The notes: a model not told the origin generated them from the sequence alone. A stretch of DNA of 64,000 nt from Mytilus californianus (GCF_021869535.1 NW_026262734.1:66464001-66528000); one strand, 5' to 3'. Positions 1-13,142 are shown, numbered from the stretch's first letter. Program-made: numbers and translations.

Positions 1-3000
1 TCTACAAATATGAAACCTGTTTCAAGAAATTTTGGAGAAATTTTCACTGAAAACGGAAAAAAAACTACCCCTAGAAGAAACCGATAGCTAAGATTTGTAA
101 TGTGATAAAAATTACACAAGATTTATAATTGTATTCACCAAGAATATACCCTTTTATCATCTTAATTTAATTCAAAGTTATATCTTCTACAAACGGTAGG
201 CCTTGATTTAATATATCTAAGATACATTTTTTTTAATTATCTTTCAAATTGCAAATCGTCAATATCATGAATAGATTCAAAACCTCAGATTACTTTTTGT
301 CTCCAGTCGTTAACAATGAATAAAAAGTTTGTTAACACGTTTTGACAACTACTTTATTTTATTTTATTTACTCGGAATAAATGTCTAAACTTTATATTTG
401 TAATTTGTTGCCAGTCGAATTAGACATGTTTAGATTCACAGATCTACACTGACCAACACAGAAATTGTGATATAAAGAATATGTAGTAAATCATTCATAA
501 AATAGATAAAGTTGATGTATACCTTAATAAAAATAAAGATCGTAGACTGATTGAAAAACCGATAGAATGTATAATCAATTATCTGCTATTTTAAACTTTC
601 TATTTCGACAAAGCTTTTTACTCGGTAATTTAAAAGTACAAGGAAGATGTCCGATGTAACAGCTTTACACATGTTACAGCGATGATGTTAAATCATAAAC
701 ATTTAATTTGAAGAATGACTCAAAACTATTTAAATTATAGTAGTTATGTTTTAAAATATTAATGTCTTTACCATGGTATATTGTTTTGATTAATTTTCTG
801 TGATTTCAGATAAAAAAAAGTTAAAGACGTCATTAAAATGTAAAATATCAAAGTTAGAATTACTTTTTATTCAAAATACATGCCACTCCAAAAGTAACTG
901 TATAAAAAGAAGCCTAAGATGAATGTTTTTTTTTAGTTATCTTTCATATTGCAAATCTTAAATATCCTGAATATATTCAAAACCTCTGATTTCTTTTTGT
1001 CTCCATTCCTTATCAATGAATAAAAGATTTGTTAACTAATTTTTACGACTATTCTATTTTATTTCATTCAGTTATTTACATTTTGAAGTTTAGATTGGTA
1101 ATTTGTTGTCAGTCGAGTTGGTCATTTCTAAATGTACTGATCTTCACTGACCAACGCAAACATCGTGATATGAAGAGTATGTAGTAAAAGAAGGAAAGGT
1201 GTTGTAAACTTTTATAGAATACAGATCGTCGACTTATAAAAAAATCGATAAAATGTACTTTAACTCATCTGCCATGTTATCACTTCTATAAAGACAAAGC
1301 ATTTTCATAGTATATTTAAAAGTACAAGAAAGATGGAGGATGTAAAAGCTTTGTAGCGATGATTTTTAAATCATAAACATTTGATTTGGAAGATTGACTC
1401 ATTTTGATTAAACCATAGCAGTTATATTTGACAATATAACTGTTTTTAGCATGTTACATTGTTTTCGGCTTATTTTCTATGATTATAGTTAAACATGATT
1501 TGAGACGTCATGAAAAATGTAGAATATTAAAATAAAAATTATTCTTTATTCAAATTACATGAGACGTCGATAATTTGAAAATATTTGTTTTAAAAAGCCT
1601 CAAATATCCATACCTCTTACAAAAAGATTTAAATTCAGCCTTGTTGTGGGTCATTTTTGTATCTTTGATTGTAAACTATTTATTAAAAACAATATTGCAA
1701 ACGCTGTGAACAAATACTCCACTATCTGAGTGAAGATCCCCGTTTCAATATGATCTGTTTTCAAATACAAGAGGTCAAAATATTTGAAAATCCAACACTT
1801 TCAAAATTTAATAATAACGTTCTGAAACAGCAAATTTTAGTAGCACAATATCATACCACTACCAAAGTAGCCTTGGGGACTAACAGTCCTACAGCAAAGT
1901 TATCGAACCAATGGTAGCATTAACATTTAATTTGGAAGAATGACTCATACCTTATCAAACTATAACAATTATATTTGGAAATATTACTGTCTTTACCATA
2001 TTATATTGTTTTTGGTTAATTTTCTGTGATTGTAGATCAAAATAAATACGCCTGAAAAATTTATAATATCAAAATTAGAATTATTTCTTATTCAAAATAC
2101 ACGGGACTCCAAAATAACAGTATAAAAAGATGCCTCAGATTAATTTTTTGTAGTTATCATTCATATTGCAATTCTTAAATATCCCGACTTGATTCAAAAC
2201 CTCTGATTTCTTTTTCGTCTCCAGTAGTTACAAAAGATAAAAGATTTGTTTACACTTTTTACAAATATTCTCATATATTTCATTCAGTCAGTAAATTTAA
2301 AAGTACAAGGCAGATGTCTGATGTAATAGCTTTGTAGCGATAATTTTAAATCATAAGCATTTAATTTGGAAGATTGACTCATAACTAATTAAACTATAGC
2401 AGTTATATTTGACAATATTACATTTTTTACCACGTTACATTTCTTTCGACTAATTTTCTGAGATTACAGTTAAACATGTGGAATACTGAAGTTCGAACTG
2501 TTTATTTTTCAAAATACATGAAACTCCGATAATTTGAAAATATCTGTTTCAAAAAAGCATCAAATTTTCTTACCTCTTACACCAAAATAGTAAATTAACA
2601 AACATACCGAACTCCAAAAAAAATTTAAAACGGATAGTCCTTTGTCAAATGGCAAAATCAAAAGCTCAAACACATCAAACGAATGGAAAACAACTGTCGT
2701 ATTCGTGACTTGGTACAGGCATTTCCTTGTGTAGAAAATGGTGGTACAAGGGATTTAAATTCAGCCTTTATGTCGGTCATTTTTGTATCTTTATGGTACA
2801 ATGTGGTAGTAAACTATGTATTGAAAACAATATTGCAAACGCTGTGAACAAATACTTCATGCTGAGTGACGATCCCCGTTTCAATATGATCTGTTTTCAA
2901 ATACTGGAGCCCATGGCCAAATATATATGAAAATCCAATACTTTCAAAATTAAAAATAATGAATTTTAAACCCAAAAGGACAAACAGTATAGCTTAAACC

Positions 3001-4597
3001 AGACGAGGAATCAATGCTTTGATTTCGAGAGATATATTCCTGAATTCAAAATAACTTCAAAAATTTAGAAACAGCAAATTTTAATACCACAATATCCGTA
3101 TTTTCATGCCAGTACCCTTAGGGACTAACAGTCCACTAGCAAAGTTATCGAATTAGTGGTAGCATTAACATTAACAGAACCAATATTTCTGCACCAAATG
3201 CGCATCTCGACAATAAATATCTCTTCACTGATGCTCGACGCCAAAATATTTGAAAATCCAATACTTTCAAAATTCAAAATAATGAATTATAAACCCAAAA
3301 GCACAAATAGTATAGCTTAAACCAGACAAGGAATCAATGCTTCGAATCAGGGAGATATATTCTTGAATTTAAAATAACTTCAAAAATTTTGAAACAGCAA
3401 ATTTTCAAAACACAATATCCGTATTTTCATACCAGTACCAAAGTACCCTCTGGGACTAACAATCCTCAAAAAAGTTATCGAACCAGTGGTAGCATGAACA
3501 TTAACGGTACTAATATTTCTGCATCAAATGCGCATTTCGACCATTAATGTCTCTTCATTGATGCTCGAGGCAAAAATATTTCAAAATCCAAAACTAATAA
3601 AGTGTTGTAAAATCATTCATTTGCAAATAAAGTTGAGGTATACTTTAATAGGAATAAAGATCATCGACTGATGGGAAAACCGATAGATTGTATAATCAAT
3701 TATCTGCTATTTTAAACTTTCTATAAAGACAAAGCTTTTATCTCAGTAAATTTAGAAAGTACAAAGAAGATGTCTAATGTAACAGCTTTGTAGCAATAAT
3801 TTTAAATCATTAAAATTTAATTTGGAAGAATGACTCGTACCTTATTAAACTATAGCAGTTATTTTTTAAAATATTACTGTTTTTACCATCTTACCATATT
3901 ATTTTTGATAAAATTTCTGTGATTGTAAATCAAAATTAGTTTAAGACGGCCTGAAATATTTATAATATCAAAGTTAGTATTATTCCCTATTAAAATACAC
4001 GGAACTCCAAAAATAACTGTATAAAAAGATGCCTCAGATAATTATTCTTGTAGTTATTTTTCATATTGCAAATCTTAAATATCCTGACTTGATTCAAAAC
4101 CACTGATTTCTTCTTTTGTTTTCGGTCGTTACAATGGATAGAAAATTTGTTTACACGTTTTACAACTATTCTATTTTATTGTATTCACTCAGTAAATTTA
4201 AAAGTACAAGGCAGATGTCTGATGTAATAGCTTTGTAGAGATAATTTTAAATCATAAGCATTTGATTTGGATGATTGACTCAAAACTAATTAAACTATAG
4301 CGGTTATATTTGACAATATAACTGTTTTTACCATGTAACAGTACTTTCGACTAATTTTCTGTGATTACAATTAAACATGATTTAAGACGTAACGAAAAAT
4401 GTGGAATTCTAAAGTTTGAAGTGTTTATTCTTAAAATTACATCAAACTCCGGTGATTTAAAAATATCTGTTTTAACAAAGCCTCAAATGTCCTAACCTTT
4501 TACAAAAAAAAAGAAAATAACAAAAATACCGAGCTCCAAGAAAAATTAAAAGCGGAAAGTCCTTTATCAAATGGCAAAATTAAAAAAATCAAACTCA
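1..4597. repeat. Degenerate modular tandem/patchwork repeat array
   Basis: The module caaaacctc(a/t)gatt..tttttgtctcca recurs at about 278, 978, 2195 and 4095. The module aaagtacaagg(a/c)agatgt recurs at about 633, 1320, 2300, 3757 and 4201. The module aaatatttgaaaatccaa recurs at about 1778, 2922 and 3245. No coding potential. Confidence 0.75.
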
Positions 4598-4774
4598 TTA
4601 AAGTGCCATATGAACGTAATTTTTCTTTTTTTTAAAAGAAATATTTAAAGAACTTATAAAAAAACGATTGAAAAACACCCGATCGAAAAATGTTAAGTAA
4701 TAAGCATGTTATATCCCATCAAACATTCCCATCGCACCTGTCTGCGATAAGTCCCAAGTGCCAGTCTGAATAAC

Positions 4775-4818
4775 TTCCGGTTTTCTAAGACAAAATGCGT
4801 GACGTCACATTATGAACA
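4775..4818 (+). promoter_or_regulatory. Left subterminal motif (TTCCGG + TGACGTCA CRE-like), putative KolX promoter / transposase-binding site
   Basis: TTCCGG at 4775-4780 and TGACGTCACATTATGAACA at 4800-4818, directly upstream of the KolX exon 1 coding sequence; mirrored at the right end. Confidence 0.5.
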
Positions 4819-6808
4819 AAGAATATAAACAACAATGGCATCTGCATCTGTATCAACATCAATACGATAACCACGACAGTTCTGAAAGTGAATCTAATGA
4901 ATTGTCTCTGTCCTGTGGTTCATTGGAATTCGAAATGGGGGAAGATGGGAGCTCAGGTTCGGATGATGAGATAGTAGAAGCTACTGGTGCCATGGCAGGG
5001 GCGCAGATTAACCCGTATCAGTTTGAACCATACAACTCAAATTCTGACGAGTCTGAACCAGAAGACGGAGAAGATGAAGACAGATTGACAGACAATTCTT
5101 GGTAATTGATTAATGATAAATATAATTATACACTCATACGCGTTAGCGGGGTAAAAGGGATAAATATAAACTAAAATAATGCAAGAAAAGGGAGTGGGGT
5201 ACCTACCAGTTCTGTGCCTATGCCAGCCGCCTAACATTAAACTTAAACTCCAAAAATATAAAAAATGAACATATTTCATTGATTTTTTTTGTCACATTTT
5301 TCTCAGGAACTACTAGGGGCTACCTGAAATTCAAAATCAAGCTTCATATGTGCATGCTTTACTGTTTGATTCTTTTTCTGATACATCACTGAACATTCAA
5401 CAAGTTTCTGTCTACTGTTTATTATACTTATCAAAAGGCCCAAAACAGGCATATTAATAACAACAAATACAGAAATTCAATGTAACTACTTCAATTCACC
5501 CTCTCAGACATCTCTCATACTATTACTGAGTGCAAATCATTGATCAAAGCACAAACATACAGCATTATCACATGAAGACAAGCAATAGCTAACATTTAAT
5601 ATATTTTTGTGGTTTCTTCTTTCAAACATATAAATAGAACTCATTACTTTATTATTGGGAACCCAAATGTATCTACAACTCTTTTCATAACAAATGAATC
5701 TTTCTTTGAATGTTCAAATATAATGTATAAATCAATCAAACTGAAAATATAAAGTTCATGTTTTTGTATCTTGGATATTTTTATTTTGCCCTAAAATATC
5801 TAATAGAATATAAAAAAAAAATCTGTTGCTTTCTTCAAGGTGTAATTGTGGACATTGTGCAGTTATGCTGTCAGCTAGAGAGTGTGTCTGTTGTTGGGAA
5901 GTTTAACAAATTGTTGACGTAAAAAACGAAAACCCTGACACAGCTTGAATAACAGACCATCCAGGGTTTCATCCAGTGTGCCTTGATATACATGTATTAA
6001 AAGTTGCCTATTACCAGTACAGACAACAATATGGAGAGCACCCTGATCATGGAAATGAGTAAGGAATTCAGTCATGTATTTCAACATTGAAATTTGTATT
6101 TGATTTTTTTTTTAAATCTATTTTCATACAAAAAATACGTTTTCATATCGTGAGTCAATGCTCAGTGTTGAAGGCTGTACTGCAAGCATAACCTATAATT
6201 GCTGAAATTTATTATGTTAAGTCTTGGCTAGTGTGCTTTTGATGGCAAGCGTACCATGTGGTCTCATTGGAAAACGCAACGCTTCCTCTTTTTATACATG
6301 GTTACTTTATTTACATTGCAGATATTTTGTATTTAAACAGTTTGTCTCAATGGCAATCATGCCATATTTTTTTACTTGTTATCGCAAAAACTCAGAACAA
6401 GTACAAATTTGGGTAGCGTCACTTTTACCGTTTTTCAGTTATGTACCTTTATAACTTTATATCATATGCAAGCGGGGGCAGGGCATTATATTTGTCCATG
6501 GTCATATTCCCCATTTATTATTTAAAAGTAAATATACATAAAAATGTATGAACATATAAAATTTGGCAACTGATCTTGTCCTAAATATACTTGAAATATT
6601 TGCTGCTGGATATTATCAAAAGAAGATATTTTATTATTTCAGAAGAAATCGTTATACGGCATATAGACAATTTGTACGGTGGTGTTGGCATTTCCTAGGG
6701 AAAGAGGTCCGTGTGGTTATTCCGTCTCGTGTGGTACTCAAGATCCGGACTGCCTTCCCTGATCTGCACCAGAACTACACTGGTTTTCATGAGGCTGACA
6801 GCGATTGA
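4812..6808 (+). pseudogene. KolX-like accessory gene (P2X7 ballast-domain-like Cys-rich protein), 3 exons, disrupted
   Basis: Exons ~4812/4835-5101, 5840-6058 and 6643-6808 have GT-AG boundaries in compatible phase. Product: acidic N-terminus ...PYQFEP...W|CNCGHCAVMLSARECVCCWEV*...TA*ITDHPGFHPVCLD...|RNRYTAYRQFVRWCWHFLGKEVRVVIPSRVVLKIRTAFPDLHQNYTGF. In-frame stops are TAA 5904-5906 and TGA 5946-5948. The start codon is uncertain: the ATG at 4835 has a better context but is out of frame. Confidence 0.85.
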
Positions 6809-7260
6809 ATCTAGCAAGAAGGCTTTGTATGGCTTGTTTTTTGTCTGGTCTCTCATACTGGCTACAAAGTGGAGGTGGAACGTCTACCAGTAGTTGAATA
6901 CCTTCCTTGTTCATGTGTGAGACTTTCGCAATGTTGAAAACTGTCGTCATCAGACACTCTACATATTCTGAAAAAAGAAAAGAGCTTGGAAGAAGTGACA
7001 TTACTCAATCTTTTAATTGGGGTTTTGCTGTAAGACCAAAATCATTAACAAACAATGAACTACTGTTACAAATGTAACTATTGGACCTATATTAATTAAA
7101 CATAACAATTTCATTCTCTCGTTTTATTACATGTGGTTAAATGGTGTATTAGTGTCCTAACTATAGGAAGTTATAAAGGTATATATAGTAAATACAAATG
7201 ATTTAGACCTATTACATGTATTTAAGTTTGAGTGACACTGTAGTCACTTATGAAAACCCA

Positions 7261-7450
7261 TTTTTTATTCACCTGACCCAAAGGGTCAATTGAGCTTTTT
7301 CATCACTTGGCGTTCATCATCGTTGTCCGTTAACTCTTACAAAAATCTCCTCTGAATCTACTGGCCTAAATAATGCTTATTTTAAATATTGTATCTGATG
7401 ATCCTGCCCACCAACCGAGATGGCCGCCAAGGCTAAAATAGAACATAGGG
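7261..7450 (+). mobile_element. Helentron/HINE-like non-autonomous repeat fragment in a transposase intron
   Basis: The start ttttattcacctgacccaaagggtcaattgagcttttt is a degenerate hairpin followed by catcacttggcg, an end structure I recognise from common bivalve repeats. Confidence 0.5.
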
Positions 7451-10378
7451 GTTTACGGTTTATTTAGAAGTCTATGTGAAAATTGTAAAAAACAATCTCA
7501 AATGGTCACAACATGAAAACTTATTAAAATAATGATAAGGGGTCTTAAGTAAATATTGTAAGACTACAATAGGATGACTTATTTTTTTTTCAAGGGCAAT
7601 TTCTTCAGAGGGGCGGGTTGCTAATAATTTCTGCTCGATAGTTTAGCCTCTAGTTTAAATGCTTACCATATGTGGGATCGACTGGGATTTTTCTTACAGT
7701 GTGCTCTCCTTTTTTGTATTTAGCATACACAATCCTGTATCTTGCTTTACCATCCTGTGTGTAAGCATGGTCCCGATTGCTGTTTTCATTAAAATGCATT
7801 GCTGCAAGCCATTGCCTTGATGGAAAAAAATAACAAATTATTTTGAATTAAATTGCACTGTTAAGTATTAAGTTTCATTAGATATTTTCACAATTTAACC
7901 ATTTCATTTATGTTAGCTATAGTCTATATATAGTTAAATGTTCCATGGAAAAGAGAGATATGAAAAATAAAAAATATCATATACAACAAATATTAATACA
8001 TTTTCACAATATCCATTACCAATTAAAGATTTACCTAGAAAGCATTCCATGGAATGAAAAACCAATCATTTTAGAAGCAAAATGATTATCCACAGAATGA
8101 AATCCCTCAAGTTCTGATGTTTGTTGTCCAGATGACAGCATGGGAATATCTTTCGTCATCTGTTTGCTGTTGATTATATCTTGCAGTTTTTCATAAACTT
8201 TAGAACCTGAAAATTAATGATACTGAGGTATAGTTTTCAATTCTTTAAAGTAAATTTAATTAATTTGAAGAAAGTTATGTAAAAGAAGAATACTATTAAG
8301 AAAATATAAGGGGAACGGCTGAAAAAATGCATCTGCAACTGTTTTTCCCAAGTTTTTCTGTAAAATATACTCCTAAATCTTTAGTGTTCCTTTTCTTATA
8401 AAATATATTTAATTACATGTATTACTCATATAGGTTATATTGATTATTATAAGTTGTAAATTAAATACCCTCTCAAAAGACAATCCAAGTTACAAATTTG
8501 AAATGAAAATAGATGTAAAATGTTTACACGGACAAGACCAACCTCCAGTATGTTAAATAAAAAATTAATCTTTGAGTTATGAAGGTTCGACTGTACATTT
8601 ACCTGGTTTTAACCACCTTTTGTGTCTTTCTCTTCCCTCCAGTTCATCATGTTGACATGAGGGGAACAGTGTGCTATGTCCATCATGAACGTTGAGTATA
8701 CGGTTGGAAATAGATTGCCACTTTGCTAATACCAAGTCTTCATTTAGGTTTGGAGACGAAGCAGCGGTCCAGTAAAGATGATTTACCATGCTCTTGGTCC
8801 ATGGAGACACATCAGAGCAATCCTTTTCCTTTGATAATGCAAACAGTTTTTTCTTCATTCCTGGAATTCAAAAAATTGCAGATTTTATAACACGGTTAAT
8901 GCTTGCTAGTAAATTATCATTATTTTATCAAAAGGTCACATTTGTTTTACATAACAGTGAGACAACATTTAACCAGAAACTAAAGAAGTTGTCAACTGCC
9001 ACTCAGTGTAAACCTTCAACAGTGAGCAAAACCCATACTATGCCATTTTGTTTAACCATTTATGTTTCAATGTCAAAGTATCATTCAATGAGTTCATCTT
9101 TTAGTGATTTTTTTATTTGAAAGTGTCAATGAAAACATTAAACATCAATTGTTTTTACCTTTAGCTACATGCCATACATCAAATGCATGCGTGGTATCTT
9201 CCATATTCTCTCTAACCCATTTTTTAATTTGGACATGTCTATCTGTCACCAGAGTTTTTGTCTTGATGTTATGGTGCTTACAAAATTCCACACTCCTCTG
9301 AAGCCCTGTTTCCCATATGGCAGCTGTTTTTGACTTCATTGCTCTGAAAGGAAAAATCAATTCAAATATATATATAAATTTCCAATAAAAAAAGAATACC
9401 TAAAAATAAAAAGTCATAAATATGCGTTAACCTACTTACCAAAAATTTGAAAGTAAATACATGTACAAGGCATTTAAATATTTTATGCAAAGATTATATA
9501 TAAATTCTAACCTGTACAAGTTGAATTTCAACAACTCTAAGCTCTACCATCTCCTCCAAGTGTCACAGATCTTTGTTGCTGCTGAATATCACTGGCATAA
9601 TCATTCTGGTAATTGTGCCATACATATCCTATTGCAGGGTACAAGTAAAACTTCTGGTGGTTCATATAAGAGGACAAGCTGATTTCAGAAATTTTCATAA
9701 ATTTCAAGTTCCTCAATGCCTTACTTGGTACCGATCCAGAAAACAAAATTCCTGCTGATATTGACAAATTTCCGGCTTGTTTGTTTCCAACAAAAGGCTG
9801 ACTGAACCAGTATCGAGCATACAAACACATTTTACATTCTTGTTTAATTTTCACCATAGAGCCATTAGTGTATAGTAGTTTTCCCACAGTTTCAGCCATA
9901 CATTTTGTGCATGTTGTGAATAGTTCCATTAAATGTGATTGGAAAACAATAAATTTGGTGTCTTCTTGTACATGTACATGCATGTTTCTGGAAATAAATT
10001 TTTTTTAAATAATGAATTTTAAAAAAAATCTTTGTGAACAGATCTATTTATGAAAAACTCTTAATATTGTGAAATTAAATTGAAATTCAAAGTCAAACAG
10101 GAGGACAGTGAAACCTGCCTAAAAATTCTTTAAGACAAAATTTCATTTACTCAGTACATGTATTATAATTTTTCTTTTTTAAACTTGGTAATGCTGTTGA
10201 ACAGTTATAAACTTGTGTTTTATGTTGTTTGACAGAACTGTTTGTCTAGTTGTTGTTTATCATTTTTTTCCATGGCTTTGTCAGTTTGTTTTTACAAGTG
10301 TGTGAGTTCTGTATATTGTCCCTCTGGTTTCTTTCAACTTACTTTAGAATCTGAAAAAGTGGATGAGTTGCAATATTT

Positions 10379-10494
10379 ATAAAAAAGAAGTTGTGGTATG
10401 ATTGCCAATGAGACAACTCTCCACAAGAGACCAAATGACACACAAATTAACAGCTATAGGTCACCAATCGGCCTTCAATAATGAGCAAAGCCCA
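10379..10494 (+). repeat. Abundant dispersed repeat family A (aagaagatgtggtatgattgccaatgagacaactctccac...)
   Basis: Near-identical heads on the plus strand at about 16025, 17145, 32807, 41341, 52495 and 54658, and on the minus strand at about 11751-11867, 18455-18754, 20470-20530, 34905-35063, 41640-41750, 54225-54340, 60040-60122 and 63880-63930. Confidence 0.85.
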
Positions 10495-11750
10495 TTTAGT
10501 ATTGTGCCTAATTTCCTGCTCATCATTATCATCTGAAGAAGGTGAAAGAGGTTGGCAGCTAGGATCTGACTCCTGATCATCTTTGATCGGAGAGGATAAT
10601 GGTTCATCAATGGTGGTGGCTGATGATCGAGCATGTTCTTTTGACTTTCTTGGCACAGTCAAGGGTTCTAAATTATCTGGTCGGACCAGTTGAAATGCAT
10701 CACTCATCAATGGCTTCTGTGGATTAATTTCATTTGTACAATCTGTTTGCGTTCCTGAATAATAAACCATTATTAATATAAACCAAGACATTCAATAAAC
10801 TCAGGTTTCTATAATAAAATTGCCTACAAAGTACTACTGCTTAGACTATAAAACCAATGTTTATTGAAAGATTGTCAAAGAATAATAATCACTGGTAATA
10901 GATTTATGAGATTCAACACCATTTGTTTGTTTTATATGCACATACATGTAACACAAATGAATTAATAAAATAACATAAAATAAATTAATAGTATAACCAG
11001 AGTGCACATGATGAAATTTCTACCATTTAACTAATAAACTCTTATTCTAGGTTTCAAAGAGAAATGAAAGTTACCAATTGTCATCATTTTCACTAGAGGT
11101 TTCTGATACGAGGCCTTCGTGGTCTTTGCATTAGTCTGGCAGTACTTTGATCTCTTTTTTTTTTTTTGGGTCTTTTGCAACCAAATGAAGCTGTTGTTGG
11201 TTTTGGATCATCAACTTCATATTCTACTACCTACAATTTTTGAATTTTATAAATATCATACTCTTATATAATTAATTGTACAGCAAATCAGATGCATAAG
11301 TCACTTTAAGATCATGGTTTTGTTTAGTGGTCCTAAACATTTCATTAAAACATCTTACAGCTGTTTTAATTTTTATAATACAGAAATCCATACATTTTGA
11401 ATTTTTCAACTATCCCATAGAACAGAAAAGAGATAAAGAATGAAAATCCAACTTAACATCTTTAAATTTCAGTTACTACATGTATTTAGAAAATACATTT
11501 GTATGTACTCAATTAGTAATCTGGTAACCTACACGTAAGTAGTGTCAGTCATGACTAAGCTTATAACCAAAACTTCGTCTTATCTTAAGATAAAAAATAT
11601 TAACAGTCACTTTGATACATATCTGGTATCAAAAAATATTAAGGTTTCATTACATTTTAATTAGATATTGCTTGATGGATATCAACACAAGTTATTCAAT
11701 TTCAATAAAAAAAAATACATAATAACTAGCCTTCATAAATATTTATGCTG

Positions 11751-11867
11751 TATGGGCTTTGCTCATTGTTGAAGGCCGTAAGGTGATCTATAGCTGTTAA
11801 TTTCTGTGTCATTTGGTCTCTTGTGGAGAGTTGTCTCATTGGCAATCATACCACATCTTCTTTTTAT
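11751..11867 (-). repeat. Repeat family A copy (inverted relative to 10379-10494)
   Basis: Reverse complement of the 10379-10494 copy with few mismatches. Confidence 0.85.
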
Positions 11868-12344
11868 ATTCAAAAATTTTATCCGATTATATTGAAATGA
11901 AATATACATGTATATCCTTATTTCTTTTAAATAAGATAAAGTAATGAAATTGAATTATTATTGCGTTTGCTTTTTTTCAATTTTCATATGGCAAATAAAC
12001 ATACCTCTTCGAAATCCATTGCATGGTTGTTTGGTTGATCTATATGTATGTCCTCAGCTGGTTCACTGACAGAAGTATTCTGATTGTCCTCAGCTGGCTC
12101 ACTGACAGAAGTATTCTGATAGTGATCAGCAACTAACTGTTAAAGAAATATTTTAACATGTATAGTTATGAAAAAATGAAATATATTACACTACTAGTAG
12201 TGTAATGTTCTGGAAGTCTGTGCACTTCCTTATCTGTATTCTAAAAGAATTGTTTGTGCGAATATTTTATTCCCAATAACTAAATTGTTGAATTGTTATG
12301 TATGTGTATCAAGTTTAAGTTTGTACAGGTTTATTGTCAATGAT

Positions 12345-12536
12345 CAGAGGAGGGGCAGGCCCACTTTAATAATATTTATATGGGATTTTTTTTTTTTTTT
12401 TTAAATTCACCGGGATTTTTGGTTTAAACTCAGCCTGGTCCCCCTTTTTAAACTGCTTATCGAACCAAAAAATGAAGCGCCCCGCCCCCCCCCCCCCCCC
12501 CCACTCATTAAAAGAAATCTGGATCCGCCACTGATG
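12345..12536. mobile_element. Small MITE-like insertion ending GGATCCGCCACTG, in transposase intron 1
   Basis: GC-rich end ctggatccgccactg, poly-C and poly-T tracts, degenerate left end. It explains the nonsense C-terminal extension of ORF 12366..13142. Confidence 0.4.
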
Positions 12537-12656
12537 ATTGCAAGGCTTATCCATTCTATGAATTAATATTGGATTATGAATATCAGTTTTACCATTAGTG
12601 GAGAATTCAAAAATTTCAAATTTAACATGGACAAATGATTTGAAAGTGTAGTTTAC

Positions 12657-13142
12657 CCTTGCAGCTTCTCTTTTTGAACAGCCTCTTTTGATCTTCTTTG
12701 GAGGTGAACTTTGACAGGTTGATGTCTCTGAGGGTGATAACATCTCCAGACGTTGAAGTGTGTGTTTTGGAGTCGTCGGGATATTTTGCTCAGCTTCATT
12801 AGTCTTCTCCTTAACTTGCTTTACAATACTATGTACAGTAGGTGCAGCACCAACATTCAGCTTCGCCTTCTTCGGGCCCCTACCCATATGTTCAATCTCG
12901 AACCTATGCCTGAATGGGAAGTCATTAATGGTAAAGTGAACGGAACATAGCGCTGAAAACTCCGTTGGTCCATCCCAGTTGGCTCTCTTAAGTTTCACAA
13001 ACCCTGTCCATTTTTTCCGAAGATTGGGGTCTTTTGAGAAGGAATGCAATGAAAACCCGTCCGCATTTGTGTTCCCACAATTAGCTGCTACATATCTCGT
13101 CTCACTGCGTCTGCCTGAACCTCCGCGATCTCCTCTCGACAT
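12657..13142 (-). pseudogene. Transposase exon 1: THAP zinc-finger domain (degenerate first Cys and HxFP Pro)
   Basis: The ORF 12366..13142 translates RYVAANCGNTNADGFSLHSFSKDPNLRKKW...LCSVHF...GAAPTV. A donor AGG|GTAAAC lies at 12657/12656. Confidence 0.85.

Larger units (their letters stand above)
6738..13142 (-). pseudogene. Kolobok transposase (N-terminal THAP, DDE core), 10 exons, disrupted
   Basis: Exons 13142-12657, 12136-12005, 11230-11075, 10754-10508 (GC or mutated donor), 9987-9512, 9343-9159, 8860-8603, 8206-8035, 7815-7667 and 6967-6738. Motifs: THAP (ANC..H.F..W..LCSVHF..AAPT), GGDGR, VTDRH, FDVWH, TSELEGFHS, LAAMHFNEN. Frameshifts in exons 3 and 6; stop plus apparent deletion after DGRA (9537-9539). 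Confidence 0.88.

Noticed and set aside
5946-5948. TGA at a conserved Cys position read as selenocysteine
   Set aside because: An in-frame TAA lies 42 bp upstream and the element has many other lesions; no SECIS was identified. A nonsense mutation is simpler.
12366-12656. C-terminal 96 aa of the THAP ORF (WGGGGGAG...)
   Set aside because: Read-through past a good donor into intron 1 and a MITE with a poly-C tract.
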